The notes: generated by a model not told the origin, from the sequence alone. A stretch of 64,000 nucleotides of DNA from Lysobacterales bacterium (GCA_022844165.1 JALHMH010000010.1:32001-96000), one strand, 5' to 3'. Shown: positions 41,477 to 51,617, numbered from the stretch's first letter. Numbers and translations: made by a program.

Positions 41477-42346
41477 GTGAAAACGATTGCCCGTTGGGTC
41501 ATTCGGACGATCGTATATGGTTATCTGTACCGCAAGAGGTGGACGATGCCCACTGCGGAAAAGTGGGCGGAGCGATTCAAGTCCTGGCCGGCATTTTTTG
41601 CGCAGTGGCCTTTCCTTAAACGCGCCCAGGTACATGGCGGTGCGCTTATGGAGCTTGGGTTGGTCGATGTCATTGAGCGCAACCTTCTGGTCACCGGTCA
41701 TTGGGAAACGCATATTGAGAAGGCGCTTGAGAAATTGCTTCGCCCCGGCGATTGTTTCGTCGATGTCGGAAGCAATATCGGGCACTTCAGTTTATTGGCA
41801 TCGCGCTTGGTGGGCGCTTCGGGTTGCGTGCTTGCCATCGAGCCCTGTTGGCAGAGTCTCGCAAAACTGGCGCGGCACCTTTCGCTGAACGCGGTTGAGA
41901 ACGTGTACCTATTGGCTTGCGCAAGCGGGGCAGCTGTTGGCGACGGTGGTATTGCCTTCCTGACAGGCAACAATGCTGGCGCGGCGACGATGCGTGACAC
42001 CGCCGTCGGCCAGGGGCGCCAACGGGTATTGATCGAACCGTTAGACGACTGCTTAGAGGGCCATGGAATTCGGCCGAACTTGGTCAAGATCGATGTCGAA
42101 GGGTTCGAGCTTAAAGCGCTTCGTGGTTTGCAACGCTGCCTCGCGCGCGACCGGCCCATCGTGCTGCTGGAACTGACACCTGGGTTCTTGCAGCAAGCTG
42201 GCGATAATGCCCAGCAGTTGTTGCGGTTCATGGCGGGACACGGCTATCGCTGCGAGTCGCTCCTTGATGAGCGCCGCATTGAACCCGGCGAATCGGGATT
42301 AGAGCAGCTGGGTCAGATCGACGTGGTTTTTCTGCCGGCTCATTGA
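41477..42346 (+). CDS. FkbM-family methyltransferase
   Basis: [21 protein letters not shown]. Confidence 0.9.
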   Translation: MKTIARWVIRTIVYGYLYRKRWTMPTAEKWAERFKSWPAFFAQWPFLKRAQVHGGALMELGLVDVIERNLLVTGHWETHIEKALEKLLRPGDCFVDVGSNIGHFSLLASRLVGASGCVLAIEPCWQSLAKLARHLSLNAVENVYLLACASGAAVGDGGIAFLTGNNAGAATMRDTAVGQGRQRVLIEPLDDCLEGHGIRPNLVKIDVEGFELKALRGLQRCLARDRPIVLLELTPGFLQQAGDNAQQLLRFMAGHGYRCESLLDERRIEPGESGLEQLGQIDVVFLPAH

Positions 42347-43503
42347 TGGCATTCGATACTCTGCGCGATTGGCTGGAAGTCGGAAGGCTCGAAAAGGCGC
42401 TTGCAGCTCTCGGGCGTCTCAGTCGCCCGCGCATTGCCTTTGTCAAACAGGACTGCAATGAGGATCTCTACTGCTGCGCGCCGGAATGCAACGTGGCAAC
42501 GATGTTGCAAAGCACACTGTTGCGCTCCGGGCCGATCAGTTTGTTTGCCGAATTTGGCGCGAAATTCCTGATCGTGGCGACTGACGCCGCACCCGAGTGC
42601 TCGATCTGGCGTGAAAAAAGTGATGCCCTGAACTGGGCTCCAGCGGATTGGTTCTTGTCCTTCCAGAAGCACGTGCCCGGCCGGGACCACGGACAGTCGG
42701 CGTTCGCGCGCGCGGTGGACGATGTCGACTGGTCGCAATTCGACCTCGTCATCAGCGTGGACGTGGCGGTACCTGCGCGCGTCACAAAACGGTTCCCGCA
42801 AGTCGTTTGGGCGTACTACGTGCGCGAGCTGAAAGCGCCCAGTTACGCGCGTTCGATGGCTGCGCCGATCATTGGCCAGGATCTCTACCTGAGCCAGAAC
42901 TTCACGCCGCGACGCTCGGCGCATGCGCCGCACGTGATCGACTTTCCTTACCACTTCCAACGCTGCGGCGTGTTCCACAGAATCCACGCGCTGCCATGGA
43001 CAGCCGAGCGCCGCGGTGTGTTCGTCGAGTACCACACGGCACGCGAAATGCGCGACGAAGAGCTGCGTGCGCTGGAACACTTCGGCCCGGTGTTTGCGAG
43101 GCGCGTTTGTGACGACGTTCTCGACGGTTCTGAGCGAATTCCGCATCGAAGCATGGTCGACCCCGACTTTAAGGCGCTGTCTGCCGCGAAATACCATGTC
43201 AAATGGGGCGGCCGGAGCACCTTCGGAACCGCGAAAGTTGAGGCGATCGCAGCCGGCTGCGTCGCGTTGACTGATCCGGCGCTGGATGCAACGTCCTTCC
43301 TGCATCGCCGCCATTCCCTCGCGCGCGGATTCAGCGAATTGATCCAACGCCTCGACGCATTCGAATCCGCGCCCTCGATACTGGAACGCGAGCGCGAACG
43401 GCAACGTCGCCTTGTCGACTATCTTTGTTTTGCCCGACCGGCGATGGATCTGATCGGCGCCTGGCAACGCATTCGTACGACCCGCCGGCCCACCATCCAT
43501 TGA
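42346..43503 (+). CDS. hypothetical protein, possible divergent GT-B glycosyltransferase
   Basis: 385-aa ORF coupled to the upstream gene; GTAKVEAIAAGC resembles a GT-B donor-binding helix. Confidence 0.55.
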   Translation: MAFDTLRDWLEVGRLEKALAALGRLSRPRIAFVKQDCNEDLYCCAPECNVATMLQSTLLRSGPISLFAEFGAKFLIVATDAAPECSIWREKSDALNWAPADWFLSFQKHVPGRDHGQSAFARAVDDVDWSQFDLVISVDVAVPARVTKRFPQVVWAYYVRELKAPSYARSMAAPIIGQDLYLSQNFTPRRSAHAPHVIDFPYHFQRCGVFHRIHALPWTAERRGVFVEYHTAREMRDEELRALEHFGPVFARRVCDDVLDGSERIPHRSMVDPDFKALSAAKYHVKWGGRSTFGTAKVEAIAAGCVALTDPALDATSFLHRRHSLARGFSELIQRLDAFESAPSILERERERQRRLVDYLCFARPAMDLIGAWQRIRTTRRPTIH

Positions 43504-43516
43504 GGAGCGCCCACGC

Positions 43517-44257
43517 GTGAACCCAAAACACTTGCTGCCTGCGTCACTTCGCGAAGTGCTGCGGCCGTCCTATCAGCGCGCGGTGCGGACCTGGCGGGAG
43601 AGTCGCTGGTCGCCGACGCCGCGCGAATGGCTGGCCGGGCGCGCCAGCGCGTGGGCAAACACGTCGCCCGAAGCGCTGCTGGAGCAGGCCGGGACCGAGT
43701 TTGGCATCACCCAGGTGCCGTTCGAGATTTTGGGTCTGTTGGCGAAGCTGCGAGTGCTGCAGCCAAAGACCATCGTCGAGGTCGGAACACACAAGGGTGG
43801 CAATTCGTTCTTGTTCTGCCATGCACTCAGTAGCGCTGAACGGATCGTGGGCGTCGATCTGTGCGTGCAGAATGCAGCGAAGCTGATCCACTACGCACGG
43901 CCGCAGCAGCGCTATTTCGCTCTGCACGGCGATTCGCAAACTACTCAGATGAAGGCGCGCGTCGAGCAGCGTTTGGCGGGCCGTGTTGTCGATTTTCTGT
44001 TTATCGATGGCGATCACAGTTACGCGGGCGTCAAGGCCGATTTCGAACTGTATGCGCCCCTGGTTCGCCGCGGTGGGATCATCGCGCTGCACGACATCGT
44101 TGCCGATCACCGCACGCGTTTTGGGCGCGACACTGGCTGCTACGCGGGTGAGGTGTATCAATACTGGGCGGAGTTGAAAGCACGTTATCGCAACGAGGAG
44201 TTGGTGCGCGACCCGGAGCAGGATGGTTTTGGCATCGGGGTCGTGTATGTCGACTAA
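43517..44257 (+). CDS. class I SAM methyltransferase (Methyltransf_24/CmcI-like)
   Basis: VEVGT.KGG, DFLFIDGDHSYAGVKADF, GGIIALHDI. Confidence 0.88.
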   Translation: MNPKHLLPASLREVLRPSYQRAVRTWRESRWSPTPREWLAGRASAWANTSPEALLEQAGTEFGITQVPFEILGLLAKLRVLQPKTIVEVGTHKGGNSFLFCHALSSAERIVGVDLCVQNAAKLIHYARPQQRYFALHGDSQTTQMKARVEQRLAGRVVDFLFIDGDHSYAGVKADFELYAPLVRRGGIIALHDIVADHRTRFGRDTGCYAGEVYQYWAELKARYRNEELVRDPEQDGFGIGVVYVD

Positions 44258-45275
44258 GTTGGTGGCTGTTATCACGACGATCCAGGCGCCGACGCCTGCC
44301 GTTCGCCAGTTGGTCGAGCGATTGGTGCCGCTGGAAGCGCTGCTGATCGCCATCGGCGATCGCAAAGGGCCGGCGGCGTTCGCTCTGGACGGTACGGAGT
44401 TCTTCGATCTGGCGCGACAGCTGGCCTCGCCATTCGATCTCGCGCGGCGCGGGCCCGTCGGACACTACACGCGCAAGAACGTCGGCTACCTCGAAGCGAT
44501 CGCTCGCGGCGCACAATGCATCTACGAGACCGACGACGATAACGCACCTCTGCCAGTCTGGTGCGCGCGCGACGCTGCGGTGCCGGCGTACGACGTCGAA
44601 GCGCGTGGCTGGGTCAACGCATACCGTTGTTTTACGAGCGAGCGCATCTGGCCCAGAGGCTTGCCATTGGGCGAGATCGTGCCGTCGATGGCAGGCCCCG
44701 TGACGCTGGCAGCGCAACCTGTGATATCGCGAGCAGCGATCCAGCAAGGCTTGGCCAACGGTTCACCCGATGTGGACGCGGTCTGGCGATTGACCATCGA
44801 TGCGCCGATCGTCTTCGACGACGCGCCGAGCGTGCGCCTGCCGCCGGGCGCGTGGTGTCCGTTCAACAGCCAAAGCACCTGGTGGTGGCCGGAAGCATTT
44901 CCGCTGCTGTACCTGCCCAGTTTCTGCTCGTTTCGAATGACCGATATCTGGCGCAGTTTCGTTGCGCAGCGCTGTGTGTGGGCGCTGGGGCAGGGCGTTG
45001 TCTTCCACACTGCTGAAGTGGTCCAGGATCGCAACGAGCACGACCTGATGCGGGATTTCAACGATGAGATTCCGGGTTACCAGGGCAACCAACGTATCCG
45101 GCAAGTGTTGGAGACCCTCGACCTGCCGGCTGGTGGGGAAAACGTCGGTGCCAATCTGCAGCACTGTTATCGCGCTCTGGTGGCTGCCGGCTTTTTCTCG
45201 AACGAGGAGTTGCAACTCGTTGATACCTGGCTTGCCGATCTCGATCGGGCGCATCGGCGGGAGGCATCCGTTTGA
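44247..45275 (+). CDS. STELLO/DUF288-like protein (GT75-related)
   Basis: VITTI..PT, IGDRKGP, YTRKNVGYL.AI..GA..IYETDDDN, QQGLANG.PDVDA..RL, PFNSQST, FRMTDIWRS, RNEHDLMRDF.DE. Confidence 0.82.
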   Translation: MSTKLVAVITTIQAPTPAVRQLVERLVPLEALLIAIGDRKGPAAFALDGTEFFDLARQLASPFDLARRGPVGHYTRKNVGYLEAIARGAQCIYETDDDNAPLPVWCARDAAVPAYDVEARGWVNAYRCFTSERIWPRGLPLGEIVPSMAGPVTLAAQPVISRAAIQQGLANGSPDVDAVWRLTIDAPIVFDDAPSVRLPPGAWCPFNSQSTWWWPEAFPLLYLPSFCSFRMTDIWRSFVAQRCVWALGQGVVFHTAEVVQDRNEHDLMRDFNDEIPGYQGNQRIRQVLETLDLPAGGENVGANLQHCYRALVAAGFFSNEELQLVDTWLADLDRAHRREASV

Positions 45276-46186
45276 GTCAACGCCCGCTCGTTTCGATCAT
45301 CGTCCCCAGCTACAACCAAGGGCGTTTCATCCGGCGCACGCTGGAGTCGATTTTCAAGCAGGACTATCGGCCGATCGAGGTGTTGGTCATCGATGGCGCG
45401 TCGACTGACGAGACGGTGGCGATCCTTAAAGAGTATTCGCGCTACCCCGAACTGCATTGGGTGTCCGAGCCGGATCGTGGCGTTGTCGATGCCGTGAATA
45501 AAGGCCTCGCGCGAGCGACCGGTCAGATCGGCGCAATTCAAAGCTCTGACGACTTCTATCTGCCGGGCGCGATAATGGCAGCCGTCGCGGCGCTCTTAGC
45601 CGATCCACGATTAGCGTTTGTGTTCGGCGACATCAAAACCATCGATGCGGACGGCAAGGAACTTCACCGCACCCATCTCGGGCCGTTTTCGCCACTGGCT
45701 GTATTTGCTTTGGATGTGTGGATTCCGCAACCGTCAACGTTTTTCAGATTGGATATTGCCAAAGAAATGGGCGGCTGGCGCGAAAGCGTCCCATATGCTG
45801 CAGACACTGATCTGTGGCTGCGTATGGCGCTCAAACACCCGGCGCAGAAGATCGATGTTCTGATGGCCGAACGCTCCATTCACGAAGCTCAACGCGACAA
45901 ACAAGGGAAGCGCATCGCTTACGACTATGGCCAGTGCATTGACACCTTGCCTGGTTTGTCGGACGCCCCGGCGGGCGTTCGTCGTGCAGCGCAGGCGAGC
46001 AAATATTTGGTCCAACTGCGTTACGACCCGAACGTGGGCGAATGGACACGTGTCGGTCGTTACTGGCGGGCTGCCTTCGCGTGGCCACGTTTATTTTGGC
46101 GGCACTCGCCCTACCAGTATTTTCCTTATGGGCCTTACTGTCGCGCGCTGCCCGGCCGCATGGCGCGGGCATTAGGTTTGCGCTGA
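45272..46186 (+). CDS. GT2 glycosyltransferase
   Basis: VSIIVPSYNQ, DGASTD, SEPD.G..DAVNKG, SSDD. Confidence 0.9.
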   Translation: MSQRPLVSIIVPSYNQGRFIRRTLESIFKQDYRPIEVLVIDGASTDETVAILKEYSRYPELHWVSEPDRGVVDAVNKGLARATGQIGAIQSSDDFYLPGAIMAAVAALLADPRLAFVFGDIKTIDADGKELHRTHLGPFSPLAVFALDVWIPQPSTFFRLDIAKEMGGWRESVPYAADTDLWLRMALKHPAQKIDVLMAERSIHEAQRDKQGKRIAYDYGQCIDTLPGLSDAPAGVRRAAQASKYLVQLRYDPNVGEWTRVGRYWRAAFAWPRLFWRHSPYQYFPYGPYCRALPGRMARALGLR

Positions 46187-48024
46187 TGTGTGCCATCTTC
46201 GGAAGCGTCGGCCGCCGCGATCACTGCGGTTTGCGTGAGGCGGCGTTGACACTTCGCCATCGTGGGCCAGACGGCTTTGGCGAATACGCGTCCCCCGACC
46301 TGCTCGCCTACCTTGCGCATTGCCGCTTGTCGATCATCGACCTGAGCGAGGCTGGGCACCAGCCAATGAGCAACGAAGACGGTACGATCCTTCTGAGCTA
46401 CAACGGCGAGATCTACAACTTCCAGGAACTGCGCTCGCAATTGCTTGCAGCAGGTCATCGCTTTCGCTCACACACCGATTCGGAGGTCGTCGTTCACGGC
46501 TACGAGCAGTGGGGCGAAGATGTCGTCAAACGACTGCGCGGAATATTCGCATTTGCGATCTGGGATGGTCCGCGCCGCCGTCTGTTCCTGGCGCGCGACC
46601 ACCTCGGCGTGAAGCCGTTGTACTACCGATTGCGCGGTGTCGAGCTGACCTTCGCATCCGAGCCCAAGGCAATCCTGCATTCGATGCCGGAGGCGCCGGC
46701 GCTCAACGTGAGTTCGTGCCTTCAATACCTGAGGTTGGGTTACACGCACGGCGTACGCACGGTGTACGACGGCATCTCACGGTTGCCACCGGGAAGCACC
46801 CTCAGTTTTGATGCTGCAACCGGCGTGGTCGAGCGACACATCTATTGGCGTCCGAGCGCGGAACCGTCTGCAATATCGGAAACTGACGCCGCCGAGGCGC
46901 TCCGGGCATTGCTCAGTCAATCGGTGCGCGAACAAATGGTCAGCGACGTCAAGCTCGGTGTGTTCCTGAGCGGCGGTATCGACTCATCGTTAGTGGCGGC
47001 GTTCGCCGCAGATGCGCGGCCCGACATCGACAGCTACTTTGTCGACGTGCTCGGCTGGGATGGCAGCGAGCGTGGCGATGCCGCGGCCGCTGCTCAGCAT
47101 TTGCATACGCGGCACCACGTGCGCGAGATCGATGGTGGCGATCTTCGCCTGTCCAATCGCGAAAGGGCGGCGCGCATTTTCGATACCTTCGATGAGCCGA
47201 TGTCCGACGCGGCCATCATCCCAAACTGGCACCTCGCAGCGTTGATGCGCCGCGATGTTGGCGTGGCGCTTTCGGGCGATGGTGGCGATGAGTTGTTTGG
47301 CGGATATGCCTGGTATCGTCAAGCGCGTGCAACGCCGCGGCGTCGCCTCGCGTGGCGCATCGAAACCGTGCGCCGGCGCTTGGGGTTCGGGCGCGAATGG
47401 CCTGCAGGCTGCGCCAACCAGCACGAGTACTACCATCTGCTGCAATGCCCGTCGTTTACGCGCAGCGAGCTTGCCCAGCTTTTTCCGACGTGGCACGCAG
47501 ACGTCGCGCTGCTTGGAAGCGGGATCGATCCTGCGACGAGCGATGCAACTGAACACGATCAGCGCTATTGGCAAGACCTGGATTTCAGGACGTTTCTCGT
47601 CGACAACAATCTGGCGCGAATGGATCGCGCTTCGATGGCACACGGTTTGGAGGTGCGCGTTCCGTTGCTCGATCATCGCATTGCAGAACTGTCGCTGGCG
47701 CTGCCCGCAACGCTGATCGATGCCGAACGCTCCGGGGGCAAACCACTGCTGCGGCGACTTGCCGCCGATCGGCTGCCGCGAACGCTGGTCGAGAAGCGCA
47801 AGCAGGGATTCTCATTTCCAATCAGTCGTTTGATCTCGATGCAGGAGATGGTTCAGTCGATTGGCGCTGGCGTTCTGCTGCGCGCTGGCGTACTCGATCG
47901 CGCCGGCTGGCAGAACTGGCTGTCCGGAGCAGCAGGTAGCCATCGACAACTGCAGCTCTGGCAGTTGTTCGTGTTCGATATCTGGGCGACGCGTTGGATG
48001 CCCGGCGTGGCGCGCACCGGATGA
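46186..48024 (+). CDS. asnB: asparagine synthetase-like glutamine amidotransferase 2
   Basis: MCAI N-terminal Cys, HRGPD, NGEIYN, FLSGGIDSS, SGDGGDE, LEVRVPLLD. Confidence 0.92.
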   Translation: MCAIFGSVGRRDHCGLREAALTLRHRGPDGFGEYASPDLLAYLAHCRLSIIDLSEAGHQPMSNEDGTILLSYNGEIYNFQELRSQLLAAGHRFRSHTDSEVVVHGYEQWGEDVVKRLRGIFAFAIWDGPRRRLFLARDHLGVKPLYYRLRGVELTFASEPKAILHSMPEAPALNVSSCLQYLRLGYTHGVRTVYDGISRLPPGSTLSFDAATGVVERHIYWRPSAEPSAISETDAAEALRALLSQSVREQMVSDVKLGVFLSGGIDSSLVAAFAADARPDIDSYFVDVLGWDGSERGDAAAAAQHLHTRHHVREIDGGDLRLSNRERAARIFDTFDEPMSDAAIIPNWHLAALMRRDVGVALSGDGGDELFGGYAWYRQARATPRRRLAWRIETVRRRLGFGREWPAGCANQHEYYHLLQCPSFTRSELAQLFPTWHADVALLGSGIDPATSDATEHDQRYWQDLDFRTFLVDNNLARMDRASMAHGLEVRVPLLDHRIAELSLALPATLIDAERSGGKPLLRRLAADRLPRTLVEKRKQGFSFPISRLISMQEMVQSIGAGVLLRAGVLDRAGWQNWLSGAAGSHRQLQLWQLFVFDIWATRWMPGVARTG

Positions 48025-49103
48025 GCGCCAGTCGCTGGCTGCGCGACTTGCCGGGCGTCGTGCTTCGCGACATGCCACGCTATCGGACCGCTCTGGCGCA
48101 TTCCGGGAAGGGATTTGATAGCGATCACCGAGGATGGATCAGCTTGAGCAATCGGGCCGAGTTGCTGCGGCGCGCGTCCTCGGGTCCAGGTTACGAATGC
48201 GATTGGGCCTGGGGGAGCGAGCTGCGCGCTGCCGCCGTGATCCCGCCATTGGCGCGGCGTCTGTTCGCAGCCGCGTTTGAAGAATGGCCAATCGCTTTTG
48301 CCGATACACCGCAGGCCTCGGGTGAACCACAGTTGTCGTTCGTGTTCGCACACAACGGATCCGATCGGCTTGCGCAGCTTCGGCAGACGATTCGTGCGGT
48401 ATTTGCACAGGACATTCCCTGCGAAGTCATCGTCGTCGATCAAAGCGAAACGCCGCTGGTCGCAGAAATGCCCGCTGGCGTCCGTTATCGCCATCTCGCC
48501 AAAGATGGCGTCGCACCAGGATGGTACAAATCCTGGGCCTACAATGTTGGCGCGCGGCTCGCAATTGCGCCGATCCTGGTGTTCCACGATGGCGATACCT
48601 TGCCGCCGAAGCGTTATGCCGAGTGCGTTGTCGATGCGATTCGGAACCGCGGCTACCTGGCGGCCTCGCTGCAACGCTTTATGTTCTACCTCAACCCGGC
48701 TGACTCGCGGACAGTTCAATCGAGCGACAAATTCGCGGATATGAGACCGACATCGATATTCCAGAACTGGAAGGGCGGGACGATTGCTGTCGAACGAAGT
48801 GCATTCTTCGCTGCCGGCGGATACGATGAATCGTTCGTCGATTGGGGCGGCGAGGACGACGAGTTTTTCGATCGTTTGGCAGACATGGGCCACTGCCGTT
48901 CGGGGTTCATTCCCTTCGTGCACCTATGGCATGCGCCGCAGGCGACCTCGCGCCTTCGAGGCAGCGGCAACATCCGGCGCCTGCAAGAGCTCTTGGCGCT
49001 TGACCGGCCATCGCGCCGTGCGCAACTCGTACGACGGGATTGCGGCCGAATCGATGGGCCCTCATCGATTCGTTCGCAGCCCAATCAGGGACTCGAATCG
49101 TGA
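48021..49103 (+). CDS. GT-A glycosyltransferase with GT7_C-type motif
   Basis: VIVVDQ, KSWAYNVGA, FHDGD, GGYDESFVDWGGEDDEF, HLWH. Confidence 0.82.
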   Translation: MSASRWLRDLPGVVLRDMPRYRTALAHSGKGFDSDHRGWISLSNRAELLRRASSGPGYECDWAWGSELRAAAVIPPLARRLFAAAFEEWPIAFADTPQASGEPQLSFVFAHNGSDRLAQLRQTIRAVFAQDIPCEVIVVDQSETPLVAEMPAGVRYRHLAKDGVAPGWYKSWAYNVGARLAIAPILVFHDGDTLPPKRYAECVVDAIRNRGYLAASLQRFMFYLNPADSRTVQSSDKFADMRPTSIFQNWKGGTIAVERSAFFAAGGYDESFVDWGGEDDEFFDRLADMGHCRSGFIPFVHLWHAPQATSRLRGSGNIRRLQELLALDRPSRRAQLVRRDCGRIDGPSSIRSQPNQGLES

Positions 49104-49840
49104 TCGCGCAGCTCAAGGCCTTGTTGCCCAACAGTGCGAAAGCGACCCTGCGCCGATGGCAGCGCATCGTGAGGAACTACGGTTCGGCGCGAAGCTGCAA
49201 CGTGTGCGGGCATGCCCTGGGAATGTTCACAACGCACGGCGTGCCGCCGGAGCCGGATTTTCTGTGTCCCGTGTGCTATTCGAAACCGCCCCACCGACTT
49301 GCTCAGCACTGGTTCGCCAGCCATTGGCACCTGTTTCGACCGGGCGTGATTGTGCATATTGCGCCGGAACCGGAATTGAGTCGTCGTCTGGAACGTACAG
49401 CATTGCGTGCTTCGATGCTCTATCGCAAGGGCAGTATCCAAGGGAGCGGAGAGCAGTATCTGAACTTGCTGAGCTTGCCCTTCGACGATGCCAGCGTCGA
49501 TCTCCTCTACTGCTGCCACGTCCTCAACAGCATGCAGGATGATCGAGGCGCAATGCGCGAGGTTCGCCGTGTACTGAAGCCTACGGGAACGGCTCTGCTG
49601 CAAGTGCCCGCGTTCTATCAAGGCGCAACCACGCTAGAGACGAATAGCGACGCCGAGCGCTCGGCTGTTTTCAACGATGTGGGCATTGCGCGTTGCTACA
49701 CCGAGGCCGATTACGGCAGGCGGCTGGTTGAGGCCGGTTTCGATTTCGTCGTGTATAGAGCTACCGACTTGCCGCACAAGCTGGTTGAGGCGCATGCGCT
49801 GCATCGCGAGATTCTTCATGTTTGCCGTCGCGCGCCATGA
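49100..49840 (+). CDS. class I SAM methyltransferase (Methyltransf_11-like)
   Basis: CNVCG...CPVC, HIAPE, LPFDDASVD, HVL, RVLKP.G. Confidence 0.85.
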   Translation: MIAQLKALLPNSAKATLRRWQRIVRNYGSARSCNVCGHALGMFTTHGVPPEPDFLCPVCYSKPPHRLAQHWFASHWHLFRPGVIVHIAPEPELSRRLERTALRASMLYRKGSIQGSGEQYLNLLSLPFDDASVDLLYCCHVLNSMQDDRGAMREVRRVLKPTGTALLQVPAFYQGATTLETNSDAERSAVFNDVGIARCYTEADYGRRLVEAGFDFVVYRATDLPHKLVEAHALHREILHVCRRAP

Positions 49841-50622
49841 CCTGCATTGTCAGCCTGACGTTCGACGACGGTCTCGATGTTCACCTGGACGTTGTCATGC
49901 CGATGCTCGAAGAGCACGGTTTCCTCGGGACATTTTACGTGAGCATCGGTTCGGAATCCTTCAACCAACGTTGGAGCGATTGGACTGCGGCGGCGAGGCG
50001 CGGACACGAACTGGGCAATCACACCATTTTTCATCCTGGCGTTTCGTCGAAGTCCTGGGTGACTTCCGGCATTGCGCTCGAAAATTACGACCTGGATCGC
50101 ATGCGGGTCGAATTGCGCACTGCCAATCGTATTTTGCACAACATCGACGGTCGCGAGCACCGGAGTTTTGCATTTCCGTGCAGCAATCCTTGGCTTGGGC
50201 GGCGCGGACCGATCTGGCGCATCGCCGGTCGTTTGCCGCAGGGGCCGCGCTGGCAGAATTGGGTCAGCCGTCTTGGCATTGATGTCGCGAGCGGCCTGGT
50301 GGACTACACGACGATCGTTCGCGATGAGTTTCCGGCGGCGCGTTGTGGCGGCATTGACGCTGCAGTATTGCCAGCGCGACCTGCTGATTGGCATCGGATT
50401 CCTGCGCTTGAAGGCGACGGACGCAGCGCAGACGATGTGATGTCGGATTTGGAAATTGCGGCGGCTCGCAACGCGTTCGCGCCACTGGTGTTCCACGGAA
50501 TTGGCGGAGGCCATCGGCTATCGATGGCACGCGACGATTTCGGCAGATTGTTGGCGTTCCTGGCCAACGATCCGCGCTTCACGGTTTTGCCGCTGGTGAC
50601 GGCGGCTGAGAGGGCGCGATGA
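49837..50622 (+). CDS. polysaccharide deacetylase (CE4/NodB)
   Basis: SLTFDDG, GHELGNHT..H, SFAFP, LVFHG. Confidence 0.88.
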   Translation: MTCIVSLTFDDGLDVHLDVVMPMLEEHGFLGTFYVSIGSESFNQRWSDWTAAARRGHELGNHTIFHPGVSSKSWVTSGIALENYDLDRMRVELRTANRILHNIDGREHRSFAFPCSNPWLGRRGPIWRIAGRLPQGPRWQNWVSRLGIDVASGLVDYTTIVRDEFPAARCGGIDAAVLPARPADWHRIPALEGDGRSADDVMSDLEIAAARNAFAPLVFHGIGGGHRLSMARDDFGRLLAFLANDPRFTVLPLVTAAERAR

Positions 50623-51617
50623 TCGAGCCAGGCCTGGTCAGTGTGATTATTCCGGTCCGAAACCGTGCGCCGATGCTGCAAGAAGCCGTCGCCAGCGTAC
50701 TGGCGCAGACTTACCGCCGTTTCGAGATCCTCATTTGCGACGACGGATCCGATGACGACACGCCACAACTCGGTCGGGCATTGGCTGACCAGTACCCGGG
50801 TCTGGTTCACTATCGTTGGGCGGAAAACTGTGGCGCCGGCCCAGCCCGCGAGCGCGGTCGTCAGGAAGCGCGCGGCGAATATGTGCAGTATCTCGACAGC
50901 GATGACAGTTTGTGGCCACGCAAGTTCGAAGTGCAGATCGCCGCGCTCGCGAAAAACACCAGCGCGCACATTGCCTACGGCTGGATCCGGCTTTGTCGAG
51001 AGGGTGAGGTCCCAGCTTCGACGCCCCACAAGTGGTCCGGTCGCGAGGCGACCGCGCTGTTCCCGGGGCTGTTGATCGATCGCTGGTGGAACACCAACGC
51101 GCCGTTGTGGCGACGAAGCTTGACCGACGCGATCGGTCCATGGAGCAATCTCCGTTACTCGCAAGATTGGGAATACGACGCTCGCGCTGGGGCGCTGAAC
51201 GCAAGACTCGCCTACTGCGCGGAGTTCGTCACCGATCAACGGCATCATGCTGCGGATCGGCAGACGGGCACCGGCCGCTGGCTTGCGCCCGCAGACAGGG
51301 TGCGTTTTTTCGATCGCTTGCATCGTTGTGCAGTGGCTGCCGGCGTTTCCCGTGAAGACCCGGCGATGCGGCATTTTTCGCGGTGGGTGTTTCGCCACGC
51401 CAGAGAATGCGCACAACTGGCCGATCAACAGGCCGCAACCGAGTTATTGGCCATTGCCGAACGGGCCGGTGCGTGTCGCGACGTGCGCATCTTTCGTTGG
51501 CTCGCAGGGGCACTGGGTTGGTCTCGCGTCGCGCATTGGAGCGAATTCGCTCGCAGACTGCGGGGACGCGCCGCGGGTCGCGATACGCAACGACAGTCGT
51601 GGATGTCGCCGCCATGA
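50619..51617 (+). CDS. GT2 glycosyltransferase
   Basis: VSVIIPV.NR, CDDGSDD, YLDSDD, QDWE. Confidence 0.9.
   Translation: MIEPGLVSVIIPVRNRAPMLQEAVASVLAQTYRRFEILICDDGSDDDTPQLGRALADQYPGLVHYRWAENCGAGPARERGRQEARGEYVQYLDSDDSLWPRKFEVQIAALAKNTSAHIAYGWIRLCREGEVPASTPHKWSGREATALFPGLLIDRWWNTNAPLWRRSLTDAIGPWSNLRYSQDWEYDARAGALNARLAYCAEFVTDQRHHAADRQTGTGRWLAPADRVRFFDRLHRCAVAAGVSREDPAMRHFSRWVFRHARECAQLADQQAATELLAIAERAGACRDVRIFRWLAGALGWSRVAHWSEFARRLRGRAAGRDTQRQSWMSPP

Noticed and set aside
37414-48024. AsnB-like genes as lasso peptide cyclases
   Set aside because: Both retain the glutaminase Cys; no precursor, RRE or B2 protease nearby; context is entirely glycan biosynthesis
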